Below are positions 17,665 to 29,100 of a DNA stretch of 64,000 nt, in pieces. A program made the translations under genes and the position numbers. The notes beneath the pieces are model-generated. The model ran no database searches. It was given only the letters and a program-made list of their open reading frames with translations, and had not been told where the DNA came from. The DNA is from a virus (taxonomy: Duplodnaviria; Caudoviricetes): the IMG/VR virus record IMGVR_UViG_3300047160_009226, positions 136,690-200,689 of that record; one strand, given 5' to 3'. The stretch's first letter is position 1. Each line of letters opens with the position of its first letter.

Positions 17665-19182
17665 TCAATAAGAAATAAAATCCAAATGAAATTGATATAC
17701 ATCGTAGAACTCAGCTGCAACATCACAAGGATCTGACATGACCCAATCCACGGCTGCTTCTTGAAATAAGTCCGAAGTCGCACCATCTGTCAAAAATCCA
17801 TCATCGAGTATAGCCGTCCCGATATCGGGATAATCGTTCCAAGGAAACCACACACGATCCGCATTAATAAGAGTCCGATAGTTCGTCGTAACAGGAAAGA
17901 CACCAACAACTTGTGGAAAGTTCAATACTACCATTGACACTGTCGTTTCTTCTTCCTGCGTTGGCCACCACGGACCTCGAAATGTCCAATTAGTGCGGGG
18001 TAAAGAAAATGCACAGTCCAAACTAAATTTCAATTCACCATGAGAATTAAAATAAGAAGCGAGAAATTGTTTAGATATCGACTTGAAGATCGCCCCGTCC
18101 AATATCCATCCCTTCGCATACATGAGCACTCGCGTCGAATTCACCAGATTAGCGTGATCAAAATGAGCTTTCAATGCGTTGACAATGATCAAGTGATCTT
18201 CCCAATTCGTTGTCTTTAAAAACTCAACACCCACTCCAGGCAGACAAGCAGGTTCCATCTCACGGGTATATGGATTAGATTCTCCTACAGGAATAAACTC
18301 AGGGACATCTCGTATCGAAGCTTGCCTGATGTGTTCACCCGCTGCTATAATTCCACCCCGCCGTTCCCAGTCATCCCGTGCATCCGAAGGATCCGCCCCA
18401 AAGTCCGCAGGCGGTGGCCCGGGATAATCCATCAGGCCCCTCTTGATTGCGTCCTGAAGCCAACGGGCCCCCGAGGTCATAGGCATCCGTGGATCGCCAT
18501 TAGCCTTACTCTCCCCCATAATGATATTAGGTACCCCCTTCACTCCCATGGGGAAATAGTCGAATTGATATCCCTCAGGAATCGGTGCAATCCAGAATGG
18601 TTTAGTTTGATCAAAAGCTGAAGGATTTGTCTTTGGTACTAAACTTCTCAACCACGTTGGAGATTGTACATCTGGAACACTATGTGCTGCATAAAATGTA
18701 TTGGGAGGAGCAGGAAGTTTTCTCGTTAACAACTCAGATGGTGGACCTGGTGGAAGAGACAGTAAAACACTTGGAGTAACTGAAGGAGGAGGTGATAATG
18801 ATTCATTTGATATATAGTCCGGAGTCCATGCATTCCACCACCACAAACAGTGAACTGTTTTAGTAGTTTCATCAAATCCTACAGAAAGACCAATGGCATT
18901 ATGAAGTGGAAAAACTTTAATAGGCCGTGCTCCATAATTTGCATCTTTATACATACAAAGAATCGGCACAGGAAACGACTGAACCTCCTTCTTGGAAAGC
19001 AAAGAATAACTGATCCGACTTCCTATAGGATAGATCTCCTCCTGTATAAGAATACTTCCAGATGATTTCGGTAAGTTCACTTTAAACGCAGGAATACTAT
19101 ACTGAGCTGCCTCTGTAATGACAGTCAGTGATTCTCCAGAAGGAAGTGTAACTACTGATGGTCTCCGTCCAATAACCGGCAT
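17665..19182 (-). CDS. Pro-rich putative virion protein, paralogue family member B
   Basis: As above; WWWNAWTP and RVLMYAKGWI motifs. Confidence 0.7.
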   Translation of the reverse strand: MPVIGRRPSVVTLPSGESLTVITEAAQYSIPAFKVNLPKSSGSILIQEEIYPIGSRISYSLLSKKEVQSFPVPILCMYKDANYGARPIKVFPLHNAIGLSVGFDETTKTVHCLWWWNAWTPDYISNESLSPPPSVTPSVLLSLPPGPPSELLTRKLPAPPNTFYAAHSVPDVQSPTWLRSLVPKTNPSAFDQTKPFWIAPIPEGYQFDYFPMGVKGVPNIIMGESKANGDPRMPMTSGARWLQDAIKRGLMDYPGPPPADFGADPSDARDDWERRGGIIAAGEHIRQASIRDVPEFIPVGESNPYTREMEPACLPGVGVEFLKTTNWEDHLIIVNALKAHFDHANLVNSTRVLMYAKGWILDGAIFKSISKQFLASYFNSHGELKFSLDCAFSLPRTNWTFRGPWWPTQEEETTVSMVVLNFPQVVGVFPVTTNYRTLINADRVWFPWNDYPDIGTAILDDGFLTDGATSDLFQEAAVDWVMSDPCDVAAEFYDVYQFHLDFISY

Positions 19183-19412
19183 TTGTCAACAATCTCCTTC
19201 CATAATGCTCGGATCACCCTTACCACACTTTTAGGCATCCAGAACGGAGAGGTCAGTACCGTAAGAACCAACCCGATGATAAAAATCGTATACCTTGTCG
19301 TAGGCGATATTTTCTCTACCACCATCTTCATGTTCTGAATCGTCACAATCGCTGCCAGCGACATGCACACGAATACGTAAATCACCAAAATTTGCAAGAT
19401 CGATCCCATCAT
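19152..19412 (-). CDS. Small two-TM membrane protein with its own promoter
   Basis: Two hydrophobic stretches ILQILVIYVFVCMSLAAIV and YTIFIIGLVLTVLTSPFW; SD GGGAG. Confidence 0.65.
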   Translation of the reverse strand: MMGSILQILVIYVFVCMSLAAIVTIQNMKMVVEKISPTTRYTIFIIGLVLTVLTSPFWMPKSVVRVIRALWKEIVDKCRLLDGDHQ

Positions 19413-19442
19413 TCTCTCCCGAAGTAGAAAATCTCTCTCTAT

Positions 19443-19471
19443 ACTATACCCAGCTTTCGGGAGAAATTCTC
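19443..19471 (-). promoter_or_regulatory. Phage promoter motif GAGAAT-N17-TATAGT
   Basis: Minus strand GAGAATTTCTCCCGAAAGCTGGGTATAGT in intergenic DNA; upstream element is the palindrome GGAGAA-T-TTCTCC. Confidence 0.75.
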
Positions 19472-19510
19472 CTTAAATCAAAAATTTTTTTCTCTAAGCT
19501 TATCAATGAT

Positions 19511-22501
19511 CTAGCAAGGCCATAACGGCCTGATTCTTTTTCCAATTGGAATCATTTCATCAATACTTGTCCCCGAAACAGGAGTCGTTGGAATACCAGG
19601 TAATGCTGGTGGTCCAGGATTTACCGGAACCGGATCAAATCGATCCACGATATTCCTAAAGTATGCAACTGGATTTGATCGAAGATAGTCCAAAAAGTAG
19701 AAAGACGGAGCTGATTCCTCAATTCCAAGTCCGATCACCTTAACCGGATTCGTTGTGCCTGGAGTGATAGAAGTAATAATCCCTGGATTAACATTCATCC
19801 CTCCAAGATCTGGTCGTAGCGGATAAGGTACGTTCCCTTGTAAATAGATGTTCTTTCCCTGGATAAATGTCTTGACAACCACTGGAGGATTTAAGATCAA
19901 ATACGGTCTCATAGGAACCTCTGCCTGATACGCTCCTTCAGGAATCCCCTTTTCAGCAGAAGTCGCAATTGGATCAGGCATCCCAGCCACTTGTGTAGTT
20001 CCGATCGACAAGGCCAACCCCCTGAGATCACAAGTCTGATTTACTCCTTTTGGCACTACTTCTGTCACACCAACTTGAAATAACCAGACTCCCATAAAAC
20101 TACTAAAATTATTAGTTGTTAAACCATTAATTGTCATAACTCCAGTGTTGATCTGCATCTCCAACATAATTTGATTTTTATAAGTCGGAACCATTTGATT
20201 TGGTGGATCTATTGGATTCGGAAAAAGGAATAAATAGTTTCCTGTTTGACCTCCAGTCGCTTCAACTGTTCCCCTCCATTTAGCAATTGATTGATCAGTA
20301 TTTTGAATAGATGGCATACTTGTTCGCGTAATAGTTGCCTTAAACGTCATCGGAACCTTCCGGCTCTCTGAACAAGGTGTAGGCGGCGTACCATCAGGTG
20401 TATTATAGTAAATATCCTCCATCACAAAAAACAGAACAGTCGCTTCTCCATGCAATCCAGAACTATCCTGAACATGAATTCGAAAAACATAAGTTCCTAT
20501 TTGTGTAGGTGTTCCATAAAATAACCCATTGATATCAAATAACATTCCAGGTGGCATTCCCCCACTTCGTGATGCTGGAGGAAAATTAACATTCGGAATT
20601 AAATTTCCATATATATCAAAAGGATAGGGAGGAGTTGGCTGACCCTCCAAAATCGGTGTACGTGCTGGATCATTAGCACTTGATCTTGTTCTTCTCAGAC
20701 ACCATTGATAAGGACCAGTTCCTCCGGATACCCTAAACTGATGTCCTACTTCCCCAGGTGTCGAAGCCGCAAATCCCGGTAGAGCCACCCCAAAAGGAAA
20801 CAAAAGATTGGAATTTACAATCGTAACCGTATTAGGTCCTTGATATTCGCTATTCACGACTGCCGGAGTCAAATCAGATAGCCCGACTGTCAAGCCGCCA
20901 AACTGTTCCATAACTACATCATCTACAGGTGGAGTATCTTCAATCAATACTAAATTTTGTACTTGTCCTTTAGCCATCATCAGAACTCGAGTTCCCATTC
21001 TACTAGCTTGAACTTCTCTTTGATGATAAAGGTGTTGTGTATAAGTATTCATCGAGTCTTGAATAGCAGTGAGGTTGAGTAATCCTCCTTCCTTTTGTAC
21101 TTGATCAGATGAAATCAAACCAGGATCATGTGGTAATGCCTTATAAGCATCCGTAAACTGAAATGGATCAGTGTCTTTGCCAGGTGATGCTCCATCTACA
21201 GCCAAAAGACTATTCTTGTTCGTCCTGTTGTAAATTCCAGCCCAACCACCACCTGGATCTAACGGAGGATCTCCAACGGAATAATCGAAATCGACATTTT
21301 CTGTGGTTCGCTGAAATGCATGTGGTTCGTTGGCATCCAGCGGAAGTGTAAACGTAATAGGAGTCTGCTTATATGTATTATAAAAAGCGTCTATGTTTGA
21401 TTCCTGCGAGATGGAACATTGCAACTTCCCATCTACAGACACCACGTAAATTGATGTAAACCCATCACCAGTAGCACGACTTACTGGAATATACATCTTA
21501 TCAATGTATACATTAAAGTTGAGTGTTACATTTTGCTCTGTATGAGAGTGCTGGAAATCTATCGTTGCAGAATAAATGATCAAAGAATTAGGTGCGTCTT
21601 TGTTAGAAGGAACTTGTAAAGTATAAGGGTCATTTTGATCTGCACCGAAAGTCCATACAAAAGGCTGCACTTCAGACCCAATTGCCGCTGTACCTTGCAT
21701 CCTCACGACAGCCTTAGGATTTCCATCCCGAAAAGGTCCGTTCGTTGGATCCTCTCCAGCGTCTGGTTGATCTGAACTAGATAAAGGAAGATTCAAGCTT
21801 TCCCTGATGCTGCCAGGTACTTCTCTTCTCGCCAAGACAATCTGCACAAATAAACTCTTCCAAGTCATTCCCTGTTCTGGCTGATTCCCATTCGGATCTA
21901 CTCCCAAGTTAACCGTCAAAGTCCCACTACGTCCAAATATCCCCGTTATCGGGAAATGATTCGGTCCAATCGGTGGTGGAAAAGTCATCACCTGATTCAC
22001 AGGTTTATTAATCGCCTGTAATGTTGTCCCATCTGGATCTTGATAAGTTTTCCAATCACCTCTCGTTAAGGCTGCAGCGGGAACCAAATGAGTCGGAACA
22101 CAAGAGATCTGAATAGGTACACTATTCAATGGAGAAAAAAGATTCCACCAGAATAAAACGGTGACCTCTTTTGTTGTAGGAAAATATGTTAGATCTAACC
22201 CCTGAGCATCTCTAAGATAATGAGCTGTTTTCGGATTAGGGCCATCTCTTGCGTTGTTTTCCAGTATAAAAATCGGAGTAACCGTCGGATTAGTCTGAGC
22301 TTTATTGCCAACCGTTTGAAAGAGCCACCCAAGCCGCTCATTACGTTGAGGAGCCTCACGACATACAATCAATCTCCCACGGCTTCTAGGATCAAGTAAC
22401 CATGATTGTGCTCTGACTCTCTGCGCGCATTCAGATAGAACTGCTAATACTTCCCCACTCTCCAAAACAACCATCGCTGGGTTTCTTGCGAAAAGTGGCA
22501 T
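19511..22501 (-). CDS. Large putative virion protein with He_PIG-like Ig domain, paralogue family member C
   Basis: FRVSGGTGPYQW...GMPPGMLFDINGLFYGTPTQIGTYVFRIHVQDSSG; N-terminal module shared with A and B. Confidence 0.75.
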   Translation of the reverse strand: MPLFARNPAMVVLESGEVLAVLSECAQRVRAQSWLLDPRSRGRLIVCREAPQRNERLGWLFQTVGNKAQTNPTVTPIFILENNARDGPNPKTAHYLRDAQGLDLTYFPTTKEVTVLFWWNLFSPLNSVPIQISCVPTHLVPAAALTRGDWKTYQDPDGTTLQAINKPVNQVMTFPPPIGPNHFPITGIFGRSGTLTVNLGVDPNGNQPEQGMTWKSLFVQIVLARREVPGSIRESLNLPLSSSDQPDAGEDPTNGPFRDGNPKAVVRMQGTAAIGSEVQPFVWTFGADQNDPYTLQVPSNKDAPNSLIIYSATIDFQHSHTEQNVTLNFNVYIDKMYIPVSRATGDGFTSIYVVSVDGKLQCSISQESNIDAFYNTYKQTPITFTLPLDANEPHAFQRTTENVDFDYSVGDPPLDPGGGWAGIYNRTNKNSLLAVDGASPGKDTDPFQFTDAYKALPHDPGLISSDQVQKEGGLLNLTAIQDSMNTYTQHLYHQREVQASRMGTRVLMMAKGQVQNLVLIEDTPPVDDVVMEQFGGLTVGLSDLTPAVVNSEYQGPNTVTIVNSNLLFPFGVALPGFAASTPGEVGHQFRVSGGTGPYQWCLRRTRSSANDPARTPILEGQPTPPYPFDIYGNLIPNVNFPPASRSGGMPPGMLFDINGLFYGTPTQIGTYVFRIHVQDSSGLHGEATVLFFVMEDIYYNTPDGTPPTPCSESRKVPMTFKATITRTSMPSIQNTDQSIAKWRGTVEATGGQTGNYLFLFPNPIDPPNQMVPTYKNQIMLEMQINTGVMTINGLTTNNFSSFMGVWLFQVGVTEVVPKGVNQTCDLRGLALSIGTTQVAGMPDPIATSAEKGIPEGAYQAEVPMRPYLILNPPVVVKTFIQGKNIYLQGNVPYPLRPDLGGMNVNPGIITSITPGTTNPVKVIGLGIEESAPSFYFLDYLRSNPVAYFRNIVDRFDPVPVNPGPPALPGIPTTPVSGTSIDEMIPIGKRIRPLWPC

Positions 22502-22505
22502 TCTT

Positions 22506-22757
22506 TTATACCTGAAGATTATCCAACTGAATCAATTCAGCATTAATCAGTAAATCATGCCAATTACCACCCTCTTCTGATGGCCTAGTATCTGTCTCCC
22601 AATTAGCAAAGACTCCATAGACATTAAATCCATTGAAGCAGTGGGCCTGAGCTTCCTCTTCTGTTTTCCATACAGAACCTCCCACCGGCTTTATAGGGCG
22701 CATTTGATTCTCAAAATAACCTTCATATAAAACTTTCTTGCCGACACAATAGATCAT
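22506..22757 (-). CDS. Hypothetical protein
   Basis: ORF track; tight spacing. Confidence 0.6.
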   Translation of the reverse strand: MIYCVGKKVLYEGYFENQMRPIKPVGGSVWKTEEEAQAHCFNGFNVYGVFANWETDTRPSEEGGNWHDLLINAELIQLDNLQV

Positions 22758-22772
22758 ACCTTCAAATCCTTT

Positions 22773-23141
22773 CTATTCAATATCAGAAATTCCCATCTCT
22801 TTCATAAACTTTCTTCCATTCTCACTAAGCTTCAATTTTTTCTTGTCGTCTTCTTCAATAGAAACTATCTTTCTTTCGATACCTTCAAGAATTACATGGA
22901 ATGCTTTCCAAACCACTTTAATTGGACCTAATGAATCAGATGACCAGTCATTGACCCACAGCGTGACTCGATAAAACCTTTGCAACGCTGTAGCATATAG
23001 AGGAATCACTTCTATCTTTGAAAACTTCTGCTTACAAGGATACTTTTTAACAATCTCATCTAGTATCTTTCGTTTACAAGCCTCCGAACACCATGCCATG
23101 TCAACCTGATTCTCAGGTAGGTCAAGTTTCGTGGTACTCAT
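22773..23141 (-). CDS. Hypothetical protein
   Basis: ORF track; SD GGGGG. Confidence 0.65.
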   Translation of the reverse strand: MSTTKLDLPENQVDMAWCSEACKRKILDEIVKKYPCKQKFSKIEVIPLYATALQRFYRVTLWVNDWSSDSLGPIKVVWKAFHVILEGIERKIVSIEEDDKKKLKLSENGRKFMKEMGISDIE

Positions 23142-23193
23142 GGCTCACCCCCTATGAGTATCTAGAGAAAAAACCCTTGTTTGAACACCTCCC

Positions 23194-26100
23194 CTATTGA
23201 CTCGAAAGAATTCGAGGTCTCTTCGGATCTCGTGACTGGAGTACGTACAAAACCCTTTTAGCGGGAATATAGTTATTACCATTTGGACCGAAGTAAGCAC
23301 CAGGACCAGTGGAAACAAATCTATCAGGATAGTCTGATAAAGTAGGGTCTGAATCACTGGAAAATCCGTAGATATCACTGACTCTTAGTCGCAACAGCCA
23401 CCTAATAGGATAGTTTCCTGAGAACGGTCTGAGATCCAGTGGTCCATCCTGGAGCAATTCACCTGGAGTCCCATTATCAGTATTTGGTGGGGTATTCCAT
23501 CCCACAGCATGACCTTTAAATTCCCCAGTCGCAGCTCCCGATACTTTAATCTGGTACATAATTTCCCAATAAGATACTGGAAACACAATTGTACCCACAT
23601 TATGAAACGCCTCGAATGTCTCATTCACGCCTCTCCAAACATTATTGAGCAATCCACCATTGAAGTCGATCTGTTCGTTCTGTACCACGATTAACTCATC
23701 ATCAATCATGAAACCGTGAAAATATTTATTCAATGGGTCCTTGAGAGCATTAATATTCTTAAGCAAAATCGTAGAATCCAGTACTCCAATTCCAGTAGCC
23801 AGTGATGCCATACTCGACTCTGACGGATCATCACCAGCGTTCGCTGTTCCATCTCCATCTTTATCCAACCAACCGAAAATCTCATATCGATCCAGAACAG
23901 AATCGGCTGACTTTTGATCCACTCCACCCTTATGAGCCGTTCCCAAGATGCTCTGTATGAATGCTGGAGTACTGCCAACAGGGCGGTATGGCAAAACATC
24001 AAAATCATACCACATACCAGAAATAGGTCCTGGATCAACTCTCGAAGATAGCCATTTGATGCGTCCATCTGGTAACTGGCTCACCAACCAGTTAACTACT
24101 TCAGGACCAGCTGCTTCAGTGACAATGAGATCAAGTGCGGCAATATAAAGATTATTCTGTGCTCCAGGACTGACTGGATCCGCCAAACTCATTTGAAACT
24201 CAATCATAATCTGACTGAGTTGATCCGCAGTCCAGAAACCATACCATGTATATGTAGTAAAGTCTTTCCACGGACCAGCTGATGGTGGTTCACTAGATCC
24301 TGTCTCTGGTCTCGGAATCAAAAAGTTATTGATCAACATTGGTCCTAAACCAGCGAGCGCTCCGGTGCACTTATCCGGAAGCAGTGGCTGGAACCAAACA
24401 TCAATTCCTGGAGCTTCTTCGACAACAAACACAACTTGCCCTGGAGGCCCAATTATTGGTGGCGGTCCTGGAGGTAACACTCCCGGTGGCGGTGGCAACA
24501 AATGTGGTGGCGGTGGCGGAGGAAGAACCAGAATCGGTTGTATAACCGTAATAGAAAGATCCGCAGTTTGTACCTGATTAGCAGAATCCACTACTCCAAC
24601 AGAAAATGGATATCTTCCTCCACTAGTGCCTACTGTAACTGGTATTCCAGAGAATACCCCGCTACCACCAGGATCGAGAGTAATGTTAGGAGGCAAGTTT
24701 CCTGCTAATAAACCCCAATGGTAAGGTGGGGTTCCACCAACAGCCGATAATGATTCAGAATAAGGAGCGCCCAACGTCGCATTAGGGAGTTCACTTGTCA
24801 AAATCACCAGAGGAGATAGATATCCCCAGTAGATCTGTCCAGATCCTGCTCCAGTTCCGCTCATGTTGCCAGTGGCATCAGGATGGCCAGTGACACTCAT
24901 GAGCACATCACCCTTATCGGGTTTTCCAGCGGTCCCAAAATATTGGAGCTTCAAAGTAAAGGGAGCTTTTCCAACAGTGCCACCAGACTGATAAGGACCT
25001 TTTGGAATTGTTGTCGGCGGTGGAGTAGTGTCGGGGACTCCCGCAAAAGTCGCCTTCAGCCCCGTATTCAGTCCACTAATATCCGAATCAGGAATGTTAG
25101 ACCACACAAGACCCGATCGTGCAAACCCAGCCAGTTCAAGAAGATCGGCTCCTCCTTTCGCTCCCAATTCGATAGTCTGATTAATCGTATTAAAACTAAC
25201 CCGACTAACAGCCACATGGTTTAAACCATCATCCGGAGGTGTTATTGGAGCATAATCCGGAGGCTCCCAAATTGTCGTCGGATCATCTGGATCTAATCCA
25301 GTCGTATATCCTGAAATCCAGATCTTCATATCATAGATAGGCGGTGATGGAGGCGGCGGTGGTAATGTAGGTGGTGGTGATGGTGTTGGTGGTACTGGCG
25401 GACCAGGTGGCGATGGTGGTGGCAGTACCGGTGGACCAGGCGGTGGTCCAGGTGCGATAATATCATGTGTTGTATTCCAATGATTCTGCCTGCCCTTTGC
25501 ATCTGTAACCGTAACACCAAACAGATATACCCCTGCTTGAGTCGGGGTACCACTATAATTAAACTCTGACGAATCAGCCGGATTCGTAACGCCTATGATT
25601 CCTGGTGGAATTCCTGCCAACTGATTACCACTCGTCGGAACAATATAAATGTACCAAATATAAGGAGGTTGTCCACCAGTCACAGTAAATGCGACGATAT
25701 CACTTTGATCCTTAGGATATGGCACTCCTACCTGTCCATCAGGTAGTATTGTCGGATTACCAATAACCGTAAAAGGAGGTGATGGAGGGACAGAATAAAT
25801 CGTTGGAGGAACAAGTCTAGGATCTTGATGCAATCTCACCCGAACTGTAATGGCCGTATAGAAAGGCGAGCTAACTCCAGGAGGCGGTGGTAGAAAACCT
25901 GGCGGTGGAGGTAAAAATACTGGAGGTGGCGGACTTGGAAATACAGCTGCATTCGATGGATCAGCGAAATCATATACTACAGCAGAAGATCTCTGATCAA
26001 AAGAAAGTGGGAAAATTTCATAATCACTATTAATATCAGTATCACTATAAGCAATCTTAGGCAAAGGACTTGGACTTGTTGGACTGCCAGAAGGCCACTT

Positions 26101-29100
26101 TAATCCTTCCCATATATCAACAATTGATCCTTGATGCGTCCCATAAGACTGGATCTCATTGACAGGAATGACCTTAATCTGATTATATGCAATAGGTACT
26201 CCTCCAGCAATAATATCAACACCAGATACTTCTACCGTAGATTTAGTACTGCCATCGGAGTTCATCAGGATTACATTTACTGTTGCTCCTGAGATATCTG
26301 CATTATCCCAGCTTCCAGTAAAAACAGCCAAGTAATTCGTGAACGAACCTAAAGCCAAGGTGTTCATTGGCCCTTTGATCGTCATCGTACCAAGGTTCAA
26401 GTCCGCTTCAAGTCCAGCAACTCCTCCTGTAACATATCGAGCCCGTACTCGAACCGTAATATTATTCCATACTGCCTGAATTGGCGGATCTGTAAATCCA
26501 AACTCTTGCTGAGAAATATCAGTACCTGATCCAGCGGGATCAAGAATAATCGTCGCATAATTACTATCATCTGTGCAGTCGATGTCTACATTAATAGCAT
26601 CCAATAAAGTATCTGTTGAGAAACCCCAAAGTGGCGGTACAGAACTCAAAACTTGATCCGGCTCCAATCGAACAGGTACGGTTACTGGCAGTGGATTAAC
26701 AATGTTACCTGATACCAGCGCATCTATTTCTGTGACCTTAATCGCATTGAGTTGTGTTTGTCCTGCCGTCGTATAACAAGCAACTTGAACCACCAACCCT
26801 CTTATTTGCTCCGTCGTCCACTCCCCCTCCCAAGTCCAAGCGAAGTTCTGAAGAACAGTAGACAAACCATCTACCACACTAAATGTCTTTGGAGATCCAA
26901 CTGGCAATCCGTCAATATAAGGCTGGAATGAAAATACAGGAGATTGAACATCATATACCTCTTGCATCCTCACCCGCAGAATCAACATTGTCCAAATTGC
27001 ATCAGTAACTGGATCAGTCATACCATAGTTGACAGCGGCCATGCTCAAAAGAGGCGGTGGTCCAAATGAATACATTACATATGTTTGATCATTTGGAGAC
27101 GTTATCGTCGAATTAATGTCGGACCATGTCCCTGATATTGTCCCCAATTGACTCAAAACAGAATCAGGAACTAATGTCTCTACAACACTAGTGCCCGCAG
27201 GAGGTGGTAACACTGGAAGCGGAGGAGGAACTGGAATAGGTGTGACAGGAGCACCTTTAACGACTAAGATCGCCTGCGTACCCGCATATCCCACGTCACT
27301 CCCCACGCCAAGAATATCAATCGAATAGCTATCTTCTCGCGTATTTGTTGTTTGTACAGTAAGAGTCACCTTTACAGGCGCTCCAGGAGCTGGTTGCACT
27401 ACAGACTGTGAAAATGCTTTCTGAATAGTGGCTCCACCAACATCATCAAAAGGTCTAATACCCGCTGAAAGTGCGACTGTCGTTGTTCCAATGGGTGCCG
27501 TTACTGTCACAGCGTATGATGCTGTACCATATGTAGGAATCTCTGCAACAACAGGAAGAACATCCACAAAGAATTCAGTCGAACCAGGTTTAGATGGCGG
27601 TGATGGTAACGGAGGTAGAGGTGCCTCTGCAATGATAAACTGGACAATGCCCGACGCCCCTGAACCAGAACTATCAGATGCTACAGCCGTAATTGAAAAC
27701 CGAGCTACAGTACCTACTGCAGCTGTTCCACTCGTCACATGAAATAAGATCTGAACCGTCTCTCCATTATTAATAGAAATCTGATCCTCTGAAAACGTTC
27801 CTGTAACACCAGGATTCAATCCTATCCACGTCACACCTGGAAAGACCGTTCCATCATATCCATTTGAAGTAATCTTAACAGCGAAATCATACCATGATAA
27901 ATCCGCTGCTCCCATCGGATCAACTTCTACACTTAAAAGATCAGGGATCTGCGGAGGAGGAATAATAACCGCTGGAGGTGGCTCTACAGCTGCTTCAACT
28001 TCTACATTCGAAAGAAGAACCCAAGGTGTAGCTGCATTGGCGTCATCCACATCTTCAGCAATAAGATGTGGTTCCATCACCAAAGAAAGATCCTCAATTT
28101 CGCGTCCAGTCCAATGACCAGTCCACAACATTTCATATGTTTGCCAAGAATCGGAAAGTTCTGGAGTAAACTGGATATCGCCTATCGGCTGACCAGCTGT
28201 TAATAAACTGGCTTCAAGAGCTAATTCTGGAATAGGAATAGCTCTGACTACTACACTCAAATCCGAAAGCTCAACCTGATTTCTCCCCAACTCATCCGGA
28301 TGGTCAGTCCACATTTTGTCGGGGAACCGTGGCTCAAATCTTATGGCCAGCCGAACCAGATCTGATTGGAACCATAGACCTCTCCAAACCATTTGATGTG
28401 AAAAATTACTAGATACAAAATCAAGAGGTAATGTTGATTTCTCAACTGCTCCTCTAAGTGGAATTCCGCCTGACATTGGCCTAACAACCAATGTCATTTT
28501 AAAATCTTCTGAATTAGATGGGCTTTTAATCGCTGAAAAACTGACTCTGACCTCAGTCCATGGTCCAGGGCCATCCAACGGATCCATCTGAATAATAGCA
28601 ACAGATGGCTGCCCACTGAGAGACATAACGCTGGAAATTTCTCCTCCATTCTTCAGTGTAAGCCACAAAGGAACCGGTCCCCAGAATGTTCTATGTATAT
28701 CTGCAAACGGAATTAAATTTTGAACGGGATTATCAGGTATTGGATCAGTTAAAACCCCATCAAGTTCCGGTTCTGTTTCATCATAGATTTCTCGTGGAAG
28801 TACCCAATAATCACCAAACTTAACCGCAGGTTCAGGCCTACTTGGGAAAATCGTGATTGATGCTTGTGCAGTTGATCGATAATTGTTGCTATCTGTCACA
28901 TGAACAGTAACGACGTAATCCCCCTCTTGAGTCGGGACACCATAAATTGCTGCTAACGCTGAATCAAAGTTTAATCCAGGTGGCAGTCCATTAGTTCCAT
29001 AAAGACCTGGAGTAATCGACCATATAAAAGACGGAGGAGGCGGAGATGCAAAAGGAGTTACTAATAACGTTATTCCTCTACCTCCACTACCTGATGATCC

